NCBI GenBank assembly: GCA_020632655.1
Contig: JACKFD010000016.1
Location: forward strand, 60,753 to 124,752
Source: Spirochaetaceae bacterium
GTDB lineage: Bacteria > Myxococcota_A > UBA9160 > UBA4427
Direction of reading: 5' to 3'
Length of the DNA stretch: 64,000 nucleotides
Under the pieces are notes generated by a model, which did no database searches, was not told where the DNA came from, and was given only the letters and a program-made list of their open reading frames with translations. How positions within the stretch are numbered: the stretch's first letter is position 1; each line of letters begins with the position of its first letter. Made by a program: the position numbers and the translations under genes. Positions 1-9,837 of this stretch are shown here, piece after piece.

Positions 1-1077
1 GAACATGATGCGCAGCTCCAGGCGTGCGACGCTCGCCCCGAGACAGAAATGCGTCCCGAAGCCGAAGGCGACGTGCTGGTTCTTCTCGCGCCCGACGTCG
101 AAGCGGTCGGGATCCTCGAATTGCGCGGGGTCCCGGTTCGCCGAGGGGTACATCAGCAGCAGCTCGTCGCCCTCGCGGATCGTCTGGCCGTGCAGCGTGT
201 GCGTCCGGGTCGCCGTGCGTCGCATGTTGAGCACGGGCGAGACGAAGCGGATGAACTCCTCGACTGCGACCCTCATCTTCTCGGGGCTCGGATCCGCCAC
301 GAGCTTCGCGCGCTCCTCCGGATGCCGGATCAGATGCACGACGGTCGTCCCGATCACGGGCGCGTCGTCTCAGCGCCCCGTCCAGCACGAGCAGCGCCTC
401 GGCCACCACGTCCTCGTCGGTCAGCTTGCGTCCGTCGTGCTCGGCGTTCGCCCAGATCGAGACCAGGTCGTCCTTGGGCTCCTTGCGCCGGAGCGCGGCG
501 AGGGCCAGCACCTCCTGGGCGAACTCGCCGACGGCCTCCATCGCCTGCGGCACGGCGCCGAAGTCCATGCTGCCATCCGACGTGTGCTGCCCGCCGGCGT
601 ACATCGTGATCTCGGACCACCACCGACACTTCTCCCACATGTGCGGCGGGAACCTGAGCCACTCGTTGATGATCTTCGCGGGCAGCGGCGAAGCGAGCGA
701 CTCGACGACCTCGCACTCGCCCCGCCCGATCACGGCGTCGATCAGCTCCGTGACGATCCCGCGGATCCGCTTCTCGTGCCGGCGCACGGCCCGCGGCGTG
801 AAGCGCGACGAAACGAGCCGCCTGCGCCCGTTGTGATGCGGATCGTCGGCGTTGATCATCGACGTGTCCGACGCCGTCCGCGGCCGCGAGCCCTGGCTCG
901 AGGTGTAGAGCTCGGGATCCTTCTCGATCGCCACGACGTCGGCGAAGCGCGAGATGCCCCAGACGCCGTGCCGGGCATCCCAGTGGACCGGAGAATTCTC
1001 CGCAGCCAGCGGTAGGTCGGCCAGGGATCCCCCGCGTAGAAGTGGGGATCGAGCAGTCGGATCTCGTCGGGATTCAT
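1..1077 (-). pseudogene. cytochrome P450, reading frame broken three times; C-terminus runs off the window
   Basis: ATG at 1077 gives MNPDEIRLLDPHFYAGDPWPTYRWLR. The P450 sequence continues only after single-nt shifts. After ~1001: ENSPVHWDARHGVWGISRFADV...MINADDPHHNGRRRLVSSRFTPRAV. I-helix LLVLDGG/AETTRP needs a shift in run 376-379. VIGTTVVHLIRHPEE...heme loop FGFGTHFCLGASVARLE (last codon ends at nt 1) needs a shift in run 358-360. GC3 stays high only along this stitched path. Confidence 0.85.
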
Positions 1078-1147
1078 GTCGGGTCCTGGGAGGCGCGCGG
1101 GGCTCGCCCGCGCGCCTCGCTCGAATCGGGAGGGACCGGTCGCCGGC

Positions 1148-2055
1148 TCAGCCGTGCTTGACCGTCCGGTAGTCGCCGAACTTCTCGTCGCGCTTCTGGA
1201 GGGCGCTCGTCAGCTTGCCTGGCGCCCGCGCCGGTCTGGCCGATGAACTCCTGGAAGCTCTTCTGGTGGATCGCGAGGGCGCAGAGCTCCGTCCCCTGGC
1301 GGATGCCCTGGCGCAGCCCCATCACCTCCATCTGACGGTGTACGGCGCGCTTGTTGAGCTGCACGATGTCGGGCGGGAGCGCGGCGATGCGCTGGGCGAA
1401 CTCGAGGGTCTTCGCCTCGAAGCTCGGCGGCGGGAAGGCCCTCGTCGCCCAGCCGCGCTGGGCGGCCTCGATGCCGTTGATCGAGTCGCCGGTCAGCATC
1501 ATCTCCATGCCGCGTCGCATGCCGACGAGCCAGGCGTGGAACTGCATGTCGGGCACGCCGAAGCGCACGGCGGGGTATCCCATCTGCGCGTCCTCGGCCA
1601 TGTAGACGACGTCGCAGCCCGTCGCGAGCTCGCTGCCACCGGCGAGGCAGAAGCCGTGCACCTGCGCGATCACGGGCTTCGAGAGCTCCCAGATGCTCAT
1701 CCAGCCCTCGGTCACGTGGCGCGGATACTCGCCCTCGCCGCCGGGCGTGAAGAAGGGGTACTCGAGGCCCTCGTTGCCGCCGCCGAGGTCGTAGCCCGCC
1801 GAGAAGGAGGGCCCGGCGCCGCGCACGATCATGACGTGTACGTCCGGGTCGCGATCGCCTTCGCGCAGCGCGTGGAGGATCTCCGCCCGGAGCGCGTGGT
1901 TGAGCGCGTTGCGCTTCGGGTCGGTTCAGGGTGAAGCGACGCACGTGGGGCGCCGGCTCGTCGACGAGCAGGACCGTGTAGTCGGCGGACGAGGCGGGCC
2001 AGCCTGGGCGCAGCGCGCCACTCGATGCCTGCTTCGGTTCGTTGTCGTAGCTCAT
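1148..2055 (-). pseudogene. enoyl-CoA hydratase/isomerase (crotonase) family, two frameshifts
   Basis: MSYDNEPKQ...[12 protein letters not shown] from ATG 2055. After a shift at ~1914-1917: RNALNHALRAEILHALREGDRDPDVHVMIVRGAGPSFSAGYDLG...[19 protein letters not shown]. After a shift at ~1220: GKLTSALQKRDEKFGDYRTVKHG*, stop 1148-1150, with all 23 third positions G/C. Paralog of the intact gene 52016-52798. Confidence 0.85.
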
Positions 2056-2371
2056 GGGGATCGGGCCTCCGCTGGCCGCAGCCTCGACCGGTCGGGTCGA
2101 CGCGCGGGATGTGACGACGCGCCGCCCCGGGGTCCCACCGTCCACGCGCGGCCGACCGGGATCGACGCGACGCGTGCGTTCCGATCTCGGACCGGGACGG
2201 ACGCCGGGGGGAGACGCCGGGTCGGATCCTACCCGATGCAAGGCCCGCGACAACGCACGCGAGGGGAGCCCGGAAGGGATCCCCGCAGCGGGCCGAGCGC
2301 CCGATCGGCTAGCCTCCGCCGCACGCTGGCCACCCGTCACGGGCCTCGGCCGCGCTGTCGGAGGATCGGAC

Positions 2372-3128
2372 ATGGTTGCAGCCCCCGTCCGCAGGACGGC
2401 CCTCGTGACCGGTGCTTCCGCCGGTCTCGGCGTCGAGTTCGCCCGCCAGCTCGCCGCCCAGGGTCGCGACCTCGTGCTCGTCGCCCGCCGCGCCGAGAAG
2501 CTCGAGAGCGTGGCCAAGGCGCTCAGGGAGGAGCACGGCGTGCGCGTCGAGACCTTCGCCGCCGATCTCTCGCTGCCCGACGCACCGGAAGCGATCGCCG
2601 ACTACACCCGCGGTGCAGGCCTCGCGATCGACTACCTCATCAACAACGCCGGCAGTGCCGGCTGACCGAACCTGCTCGAAGAGAGCGACTGGCCGAGCCA
2701 GGCCCGCTTCCTCGAGCTGATGATGATGACGTCCGTGCCCCATCTCTGTCATCACTTCATCCCGCCGATGCGCGAGCGCGGCTTCGGACGCGTCGTGAAC
2801 GTGTCGTCCTTCGCGGGTCGGCTCGCGCGTCCAGCCGGCGCGCATTACGGCCCGTCGAAGGCCTATCTGATCGCGCTCTCCGAGGAGCCTCGCGCTCATG
2901 CTGAAGGGCACGGGCGTGCACGTCTCGGCGCTCTGCCCGGGCTTCACACACACCGACTTCCACGAGGTCGCGGGCCTCGAGGAGATGAAGCGCGGGCTGC
3001 CGGACTTCATGTGGTATTCGGCGGAGACGGTCGTGCGTGATGGCCTGCGGGCAGTCGAGCAGGCGCGGCCCATCGCGATCTCCGGGCGGCTCTACCGATG
3101 GCTCGATCCTTCACGCAGTCGGTCCTGA
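2372..3128 (+). pseudogene. short-chain dehydrogenase/reductase (SDR), in-frame TGA plus one frameshift
   Basis: GGAGGA RBS then ATG 2372. TALVTGASAGLGVEFARQLA...NNAGSAG, then TGA at 2663-2665. The same frame continues PNLLEESDWPSQARFLELMMMTS...RVVNVSSFAG...HYGPSKAYLIALSEE. After a +1 shift at ~2888: LALMLKGTGVHVSALCPGFTHTDF... Confidence 0.8.
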
Positions 3129-3326
3129 CCCGCCCCCTGATCAAGCGCGCTCGCGCCCGGTCGCTGAGCGACCCTGCCCTGCCTGGATCCTGCTAGAGTT
3201 CGCGCGCCCCGCATGGGCTGCGCGATCGAGCCGGGTCGTCGCCATCGGGGCGCGACCCGAGCGATCGGAGACCGCGGAAGGCCGCGTGCACCGGTTCCGA
3301 ACGTTCGCCCTGCGAGGTCCGCGACG

Positions 3327-4546
3327 ATGAGCCTCCCGCCCTTCCATCCCTTCTCCCTCGACTACACGGCGGATCCCCGCCCTGGTTCCGCGAAGCCCAT
3401 CGCGACAACCGGATCCTCGAGGTGCCGGAGCTCGGGGCAGTGGCCGTGCACGGCTACGAGGCGGTGCGTTCGTTCTGCGACCACCCGCAGATGAGCCGGA
3501 ACCCGCTGCATGCCGCGACCTACGACGCCGACCGGGCGGCCGAGCGGCTCGAGCGCTGGCCGCTGCTCGAGGGGTCGCTGACGAGTGGGCTCGAGCGTGG
3601 CGAGGAGGGGCTGTCGCTGATGCGGGAGCTGCTCGCGCCGGACTTCCGGCCCGCGATGATCCGCAAGATGGCGGCGACCGTGCAGGACGTGGTGGCGAAG
3701 GTGCTGGCCCTGATCCAGTTCGAGCGCGAGCTCGACCTCGTCCGTCTCGTGCGCGAGGTGCCGCTCATCGTGATCACGAAGCTCCTCGGCCTCGACGAAG
3801 CGACGGAGGACTCGGAGCTCTTCCTGAACGCGGCGCCGGACTACTTCCGCGGCATCAATCCGATCGTCCCCGACGACGCGCGCGACCGCGCCGAGCTCGC
3901 GGCGCGGCGCATGACCGGGGTGCTCGAGCGCGCCGTCGAGAATCGCCGCGCGCGGCCGCGCACGGACATGGTCAGCCAGGTGCTCGAGATCGCCGACGGC
4001 ATCGACGACGCGACGACCGAGGACGTGATCCGCGCGCTCGTGATCCTCGTGGCCGCGGGGACGGACACGACGCGACTCACGAGCTCCCTCGCGGTCAAGA
4101 CGCTCTTGAACCACCCGGAGGAGTTCGAGCGGCTGCGAGCGGACCGCTCGCTCGTCAAGAACGCGGTCATGGAGCTGCTCCGCTACGAGAGCCCGACGAA
4201 GTTCCTCGTGCGCATCGCGATGGACGACGTGGAATGGGAGGGCCAGACGATCCGCAAGGGCTCGCTCGTGCTGCTCTCGATCTTCGGCGCGGGATGGGAT
4301 CCGCGGGTCTTCGCCGAGCCCGAGCGCTTCGACGTGCGGCGTGATCTCAAGGGCAGCCTCTCCTTCGGCTTCGGCTCGGGGTATTGCCTCGGGGTGCACC
4401 TCGCCCGCCTGCAGGTCGGCGAGATCCTGGGCTTCTACCTCGACCACCTGCCCTCGACGGCGACGCTCGACCCGTCGCGCATCACCTGGGATCCGATGAA
4501 CCTGATGCTGCGCGAGGTGACGAGCCTGCCGGTCCGGATCCGTTAG
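3327..4546 (+). pseudogene. cytochrome P450, single N-terminal frameshift
   Basis: ATG 3327 gives MSLPPFHPFSLDYTADPR. After a 1-nt deficit in the CC run 3381-3382: PWFREAHRDNRILEVPELGAVAVHGYEAV... I-helix VAAGTDTTR, EXXR (ELLRYESP), heme loop FGFGSGYCLGVHLA. Length is 3n+2. Confidence 0.85.
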
Positions 4547-4620
4547 GCGGCACACGGGCGGCGCGCGTCACCGCCCCGATCGGGATTCGAAGAAGCACAT
4601 AGCAGGAGAGGAGTCCTCCG

Positions 4621-5403
4621 ATGGGTCAGCTCGAGGGTCGGGTCGCGGTCGTCACGGGAGCGGGGCTCGGCATCGGCCGGGCGGTCGCCCAGCGCTTCGT
4701 CGACGAGGGCGCGCGCGTCGTCGTCGCCGAGCTCGATGCCGCCGCGGGCGAGGCGGCCGCGAAGGAGCTCGGCTCCGACGCCTTCTTCGTACGGACGGAT
4801 GCGTCGAAGAAGGAAGACGTCGAGGCGATGGTCGCGAAGGCAGTCGACCGTTTCGGCACCCTCGACATCCTCGTGAACAACGCCTGGGGCGGCGGACGGA
4901 TCGGTCGGATCGAGAAGAAGACCCCCGAGCTGATGGCCCACGGCCTCGCGATCGGCTTCCTCGGCCCCTTCTGGGCCATGCTCGCGGCCCATCCCATCAT
5001 GAAGAAGAAGGGCTACGGCCGGATCGTGAACGTCTGCTCGCTGAACGGCGTGAACGCGCACATGGGCACGGCCGAGTACAACACGAGCAAGGAGGCCCTG
5101 CGCGCCGCCACGCGCACGGCCGCCCGCGAATGGGCGCCCCTCGGCATCACGGCGAACATCGTCTGCCCCGCGGCGAAGTCCGCCTCCTTCAACGCCACCA
5201 TGTCCGCCCATCCCGAGCTCGTCGCCGCCGCCGACGCGTCGAATCCGATGGGTCGGATCGGCGACTGCTACGACGACATCGCCCCGATCTTCGTCTTCCT
5301 CGCGAGCGAGGCGAGTCGCTACCTGACGGGCAACACCCTCTTCGCCGACGGCGGCTCCCACATCAACGGCTCGGCCTGGGCGCCGGATCTCGGGGACGCA
5401 TGA
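4621..5403 (+). CDS. SDR family oxidoreductase (FabG-like)
   Basis: VAVVTGAGLGIGRAVA Rossmann motif, NNAW, YNTSK catalytic motif. GGAGAGGAG RBS upstream. Intact 260 aa. Confidence 0.9.
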   Translation: MGQLEGRVAVVTGAGLGIGRAVAQRFVDEGARVVVAELDAAAGEAAAKELGSDAFFVRTDASKKEDVEAMVAKAVDRFGTLDILVNNAWGGGRIGRIEKKTPELMAHGLAIGFLGPFWAMLAAHPIMKKKGYGRIVNVCSLNGVNAHMGTAEYNTSKEALRAATRTAAREWAPLGITANIVCPAAKSASFNATMSAHPELVAAADASNPMGRIGDCYDDIAPIFVFLASEASRYLTGNTLFADGGSHINGSAWAPDLGDA

Positions 5404-5487
5404 GCGCGGCCACAGCGGCGAGCGCTCGTCTCGCGCGAGGGTGAGAAGCCCGAAGGCCTGGACCCGGAATCGGCGCAGGAGATCCCC

Positions 5488-6270
5488 ATGCTCGGACTCG
5501 AAGATCGCATCGCCCTCGTGACCGGCGCCGCCCGCGGTGTCGGCGAGACGATCGCCCGACGCCTCGCCGAGGCTGGCGCCCGGGTCGTCGTCGCCGATCG
5601 CCTCGAGGAGGAAGGTCGGAAGGTGGCCCTCGGCCTCGGCCCCAACGCTTCCTTCGTCCCGCTCGACGTGACGGTCGAGACCGACTGGGCCCGTGCCATC
5701 GCCGACACCCTCGAGCGTCACGGGCGGATCGACGTGCTCGTCAACAACGCCGCCATCCTGCACATGGGCAGCCTCGAGAACACGCCACCCGATGTCTTCC
5801 GTCGCGTGCTCGAGGTGAATACCGTCGGCCCCTACCTCGGCACCCGTGCCGTGCTCGCCGCCATGCGTTCCCAGGGCAAGGGCTCGATCGTCCACATCGC
5901 CTCGATCGACGGCCTGCTCGGCATGAACGGCGTGACCGCCTACGCGACCTCGAAGTTCGGCCTGCGCGGCTTCGCGAAGTCCTGCGCCCTCGAGCTCGGT
6001 CGCTCGGGCATCCGGGTGAACTCGGTCTGCCCGGCCGGTGGGAACCCGCAGATGTACGGGCCCTGGCTGCCGAAGATGGCCTCGATGACCGAGACCCTCC
6101 GACATTACGGCGAGAACCGCGGCATCCCCGGTACCGTCAGCTTCGACGCGATCGCCGGCGCCGTCCTCTACCTCGCCTCGGATCTCTCGGAGCACGTCAC
6201 GGGCATCGACCTGCCCGTCGACGGCGGCGCGACCGCCGGCAAATACCTCGACGGATTCAGCTCGCTCTGA
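5488..6270 (+). CDS. SDR family oxidoreductase (hydroxysteroid-dehydrogenase-like)
   Basis: IALVTGAARGVGETIA, NNAAI, YATSK. Intact 260 aa. Confidence 0.9.
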   Translation: MLGLEDRIALVTGAARGVGETIARRLAEAGARVVVADRLEEEGRKVALGLGPNASFVPLDVTVETDWARAIADTLERHGRIDVLVNNAAILHMGSLENTPPDVFRRVLEVNTVGPYLGTRAVLAAMRSQGKGSIVHIASIDGLLGMNGVTAYATSKFGLRGFAKSCALELGRSGIRVNSVCPAGGNPQMYGPWLPKMASMTETLRHYGENRGIPGTVSFDAIAGAVLYLASDLSEHVTGIDLPVDGGATAGKYLDGFSSL

Positions 6271-6381
6271 CGCCCCTCGGTCGCGTGCATCCCGCACCCG
6301 TCGACACGCTCGTCCCCCGTCGCCTACGCTGGCCGGACGTTGGCTCCCGACGAGGAGACGGCGCACGAGGAGGACGACGCG

Positions 6382-7443
6382 ATGTCGAAGGGGCGACCGC
6401 TGCGGGTGATCCAATGGGCCACGGGTAGCATCGGCCGTCATGCGATCGCCGCGATCGCCGAGGACCCCCGCCTCGAGCTCGCCGGCGTCTGGGTGCACTC
6501 CGAGGCCAAGGATGGCCTCGACGCCGGGGAGATCGCCGGCACGGCGCCAACCGGCGTGAAGGCGACGCGCGACGAGCAGGCCCTGCTCGACCTCGATGCA
6601 GACTGCGTCCTCTACGCGCCGCTGCTCTCCGACGTCGACGAGATGTGCCGGATCCTCGAGTCGGGCAAGAACCTCGTGACGCCGACCGGCTTCTCCTTCG
6701 TCAAGGACCCGGCGCTCGCCGGTCGACTCGACGCCGCCTGCCGCAAGGGCGGCGTCTCCTTCCACGGCTCGGGCATCCACCCGGGCTTCTCGGGCGACCG
6801 GCTCCCCCTCGTCCTCTCTGCGCTCTGCCGTCGGATCGACAAGGTCACCGTCTTCGAGGTCTGCGACCTCTCGCAGGGCAGCGAGAGCCCCGAGATGGTG
6901 ATGGACCAGCTCGGCTTCGGGATGTCTGCGGCGGACGCGGCGAAGGAGCCCCCCGCGCTGATGGGGGTGATGAGCAAGATCTTCAACGAGTCGATGGACA
7001 TGGTCGCCGCAGGGCTCGGCTTCACGCTCGACGCCTACGATCATCGCCACGAGTTTGCGCTCGCGAAGCGCGACATCGAGGTCCATGCCGGCACGATCCG
7101 GAAGGGCCACGTCGCGGGCCAACATTTCGAGTACACGGGCCTCGTGAAGGGCCGCCCCGTGATCCAGTTCAAGACGTATTGGAAGATGACGACGGACTCC
7201 TCCGCGATCGAGCCGAGCTGGCCCTTCGACGGACCGATCGAGTACATCGTCGAGGTCGAGGGCGATCCCTCCGTCCGGTGTCGCCTCACGCCGATCGACG
7301 CGAAGACGACCGAGCCCGGACTCGTCTGGACGGCGATGAACTGCATCAACGCGATCGCGCCGGTCTGCGCCGCCGCGCCCGGCCTCCGCACGAGCCTCGA
7401 CCTGCCGATCGTCCGCGCCGAGGGTCGCTTCGCCCTGCCCTGA
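6382..7443 (+). CDS. DapB-N-like NAD(P)-binding oxidoreductase (dihydrodipicolinate reductase N-terminal domain / amine dehydrogenase-like family)
   Basis: MSKGRPLRVIQWATGSIGRHAIAAIAEDPRLELAGVWVHS...DADCVLYAP...ESGKNLVT. GAGGAGGA RBS lies 8 nt before ATG 6382. The track start at 6340 is a TTG without an RBS. Confidence 0.7.
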   Translation: MSKGRPLRVIQWATGSIGRHAIAAIAEDPRLELAGVWVHSEAKDGLDAGEIAGTAPTGVKATRDEQALLDLDADCVLYAPLLSDVDEMCRILESGKNLVTPTGFSFVKDPALAGRLDAACRKGGVSFHGSGIHPGFSGDRLPLVLSALCRRIDKVTVFEVCDLSQGSESPEMVMDQLGFGMSAADAAKEPPALMGVMSKIFNESMDMVAAGLGFTLDAYDHRHEFALAKRDIEVHAGTIRKGHVAGQHFEYTGLVKGRPVIQFKTYWKMTTDSSAIEPSWPFDGPIEYIVEVEGDPSVRCRLTPIDAKTTEPGLVWTAMNCINAIAPVCAAAPGLRTSLDLPIVRAEGRFALP

Positions 7444-7461
7444 TCCGAGCCGGAGGTCCGC

Positions 7462-8244
7462 ATGCTCCTCGAGGACAAGGTCGCGATCGTGACGGGCATC
7501 GGCCCGGGCCTCGGGCGCGACGTCGCCCTGCTCTTCGCCCGCGAGGGCGCCCATCTCGTGATCGCCGCACGCAACGCGAGTCGGCTCGAGGCCGTCGCCG
7601 AGGAGGCCCGCGCCCTCGGTCGCGACGTGCTCGCGATCCCGACGGACCTGACCGACCGCGCGGGCTGCCGGCTTCTCGTCGAGGCCACCCTCGAACGCCA
7701 CGGCCGCGTCGACGTGCTCGTCCAGAACGGCCATGCCGACGGCGACTACAAGGTCGTGACGGACTCGGATCCCGAGGACTGGCGCCGCATCATGGAGGTG
7801 AACCTCTTCGGCGCACTGCATCTCGTGCAGGCCGTGGTTCCGTCGATGAAGGCGCGGGGTGACGGACGCATCGTCCTGATGAACTCGGGCGCGAGCACGG
7901 ATCCGCCGCCGACCCTCGGCGCCTACTCCGCGTCGAAGGCCGCTCTCGCGAGCCTCGTCCGCACGATCGCCGTCGAGCTCGGCCCCCACGGCATCCGCGC
8001 CAATGGCATCCAGCTCGGCCCGATGACCGGCGACAACTTCCGCGGCTACCTCGAGAACCTCGCCCGCGAGGCCGGTCGGACCTACGAGGAAGAGCTCGCC
8101 CTCTACAACGAGCAATTCGCCCTGCGCTACACCCCGACCCCCGAGGAGTGCGCCGGCACCGCCCTCTTCCTCGCCTCCGACCTCGCCCGCCCCATCACCG
8201 GCCAGAGCATCGCCGTCAACGGCGGCAAATGGTTCCTCACCTGA
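7462..8244 (+). CDS. SDR family oxidoreductase
   Basis: VAIVTGIGPGLGRDVA, YSASK, C-terminal GQSIAVNGG. 260 aa. Confidence 0.9.
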   Translation: MLLEDKVAIVTGIGPGLGRDVALLFAREGAHLVIAARNASRLEAVAEEARALGRDVLAIPTDLTDRAGCRLLVEATLERHGRVDVLVQNGHADGDYKVVTDSDPEDWRRIMEVNLFGALHLVQAVVPSMKARGDGRIVLMNSGASTDPPPTLGAYSASKAALASLVRTIAVELGPHGIRANGIQLGPMTGDNFRGYLENLAREAGRTYEEELALYNEQFALRYTPTPEECAGTALFLASDLARPITGQSIAVNGGKWFLT

Positions 8245-8295
8245 TCGAACGGCCGATTCGGCCGTGCCCTGCGCCCCGGCCGGTCACCGCATCGC

Positions 8296-8321
8296 ATGAG
8301 ACGTGGACCGAAGATTTCCCC
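8296..8321. repeat. left terminal inverted repeat of the IS
   Basis: ATGAGACGTGGACCGAAGATTTCCCC. The reverse complement of 9500-9525 is ATGAGACGTGGCCCGAAAATTTCCCC. Confidence 0.85.
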
Positions 8322-8349
8322 CGGCACACAATCTGCGTAATCGGCGGGG

Positions 8350-9450
8350 ATGGATGACCTCTCCCCCTACCGCCGCCCCCCGTTCTGCCCCCACGCCGAC
8401 TGCGATTCCCGTTCGCAGTCAACCACCTGGCGCTTCATCAAGAAGGGCTTCTACCTCCGCCGTCGCAGGCCCCACCGGGTCCAGAAGTACCAGTGTTCAC
8501 GCTGCCGGCGTTACTTCAGCGCCTCCTCCTTCTCCACCCGATACTGGCTCCGAAGGCCCGAGCTCCTCGAGCCCGTCTTCCATCGACTCGTCGCCTGCTC
8601 CGGGTTCCGACAGATCGCCCGCGAGTACGGCGTCTCCCACTCCACCGTCCGGAGGATGAGCGACCGGCTGGGACGGCATTGTCTTCTCTTCCACGAGCGA
8701 CGTAGACCGAAGTCGTGTCCGACCGAGCCGCTCGTCCTCGACGGGTTCCGGAGCTTCGAGCACAGCCAGTACTGGCCGATGGACCTGAACCTCGTGGTGG
8801 GCGGCGAGAGTCTCTTCGTCTACGGGTTCAATGATGCGGAGCTGCGGCGGAGCGGGACGATGCGGCCGGCTCAGGCTGCGAAGCGGGAGCTCCTCGAGAA
8901 GCGCTATGGCCGGCCGGATCCCCAGGCGACGCGGAAGCGGGTGGAGGAGCTGTTGCGGCGGGTCGTGCCGCCGGGTGGGGCCGTGGTGCTTCGGAGCGAC
9001 GAGCACCAGGCGTATCCGCGAGCGATCCGGAGGCTCCGGGACCGGACTTTCATCCACGAGCAGACGAGCTCGAAGGTGGCTCGGACGCCCGGGAACCCGC
9101 TCTTCGCGGTGAACCTGTCGGATCTGCTGATCCGGCACTCGAGTGCGAACCACAAGCGGGAGACGATTGCGTTCTCGAAGCGGCGGCAGTCGGCGATGTA
9201 TCGGCTGGCGATCTGGAGCGTGTGGCGGAACTACGTGAAGGATCGGTCGGAGAACCGGAGGCGGGGGACGCCGGCGAAGGCCGTGGGCATCACCGAGCGG
9301 TCGCTCTCGGTTCGGGAGGTGTTGGCGCGGCGGTGTTTTCCGTGGCGGATGCGCACGATCCGGGGCTGGCTGGCAGAGTGCTACTTCGGGCGGATCGGGA
9401 CGCGGGCGATCGGGCGGTGTGGGGCGCACGAGGCGAGGTATGCCGTGTAG
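8350..9450 (+). CDS. transposase, IS1/IS1595-like (N-terminal zinc finger + HTH + DDE/DDN-type core)
   Basis: CPHADC...CSRCRRYF zinc-finger pattern. HTH IAREYGVSHSTVRRMSDRLG. Candidate acidic triad LVLDGF / LRSDEHQAY / AVNLSDLLIRH, then ETIAFSKRRQ as in the C-termini of IS1-type transposases. Arg codons are mostly CGG, whereas neighbouring genes prefer CGC (by eye). Confidence 0.7.
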   Translation: MDDLSPYRRPPFCPHADCDSRSQSTTWRFIKKGFYLRRRRPHRVQKYQCSRCRRYFSASSFSTRYWLRRPELLEPVFHRLVACSGFRQIAREYGVSHSTVRRMSDRLGRHCLLFHERRRPKSCPTEPLVLDGFRSFEHSQYWPMDLNLVVGGESLFVYGFNDAELRRSGTMRPAQAAKRELLEKRYGRPDPQATRKRVEELLRRVVPPGGAVVLRSDEHQAYPRAIRRLRDRTFIHEQTSSKVARTPGNPLFAVNLSDLLIRHSSANHKRETIAFSKRRQSAMYRLAIWSVWRNYVKDRSENRRRGTPAKAVGITERSLSVREVLARRCFPWRMRTIRGWLAECYFGRIGTRAIGRCGAHEARYAV

Positions 9451-9499
9451 GCGGGAGTGCTGCGCGGGTGCGATGCCGCAGTCGGATCGCGACCGGCCA

Positions 9500-9525
9500 G
9501 GGGAAATTTTCGGGCCACGTCTCAT
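9500..9525. repeat. right terminal inverted repeat of the IS
   Basis: GGGGAAATTTTCGGGCCACGTCTCAT, the inverted match of 8296-8321. Confidence 0.85.
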
Positions 9526-9837
9526 CGCATGCGCAACTTGCGCCGCCTGCGCACGAACGCCTGTGTCTATCGTGCCAGCCGCTCGTCCACGGCTCGGCCG
9601 GGAGGAATGCACGAGCGCCGTGCACGGCCGACGCGTAAGCCGAAACGAGCCGGCCGAGCACGTCCGTCATCACCAAGCGGCACGGGCGGCGGTCGTCCCG
9701 GCGACATGAAGCGCGAGCCGCGCCGAGCTTTGAAGCCGAGGCAACCAGCGGCACCGCCCGCGCGGCGAGAGAAGCTGGAGCCGGGAGGGCCGACGCCCGG
9801 GACGCCCGGCACGGCCCACAACGCCGTAAGGGCCGCG

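Larger units (their letters stand above)
8296..9525 (+). mobile_element. complete insertion sequence, IS1/IS1595-superfamily-like, single transposase ORF
   Basis: 26-bp imperfect terminal inverted repeats (24/26 match) bracket one 366-aa ORF. Flanking near-direct repeat: CGCATCGC (8288-8295) versus CGCATGCGC (9526-9534). The element sits in the convergent gap between genes ending at 8244 and 9838. Confidence 0.8.

Noticed and set aside
1074-1220. C-terminal tail of track ORF 1074-1832, whose stop overlaps the P450 ATG (ATGA); it looked like translational coupling
   Set aside because: The tail (ARQADERPPEARREVRRLPDG...) has low GC3. The alternative frame (GKLTSALQKRDEKFGDYRTVKHG*, stop at 1148) has G/C at all 23 third positions and looks like a real protein end. 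The ATGA overlap is therefore a by-product of the frameshift.
2663-2665. Selenocysteine or an alternative genetic code for the in-frame TGA
   Set aside because: TGA terminates many well-defined genes in the window. The position is not a redox-active site of SDRs. No obvious SECIS-like hairpin was noticed downstream.
4543-8115. 1190-aa minus-strand ORF spanning four genes
   Set aside because: Composition is Arg/Gly/Ala/Asp-rich with no family motifs and low GC3. It is antisense to four plus-strand genes that have clear SDR and DapB-like motifs and near-100% GC3. It is a shadow ORF of high-GC DNA.
8497-9612. 371-aa minus-strand ORF across the IS
   Set aside because: It is antisense to the transposase ORF, is Pro/Arg-rich and extends beyond the right IR.
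9526-9837. Possible gene remnant or small RNA between the IS and the KSI-like gene
   Set aside because: No frame has sustained high GC3. Only a long-loop inverted repeat was seen (GCTCGGCCGG/CCGGCCGAGC). I could not support any feature here.
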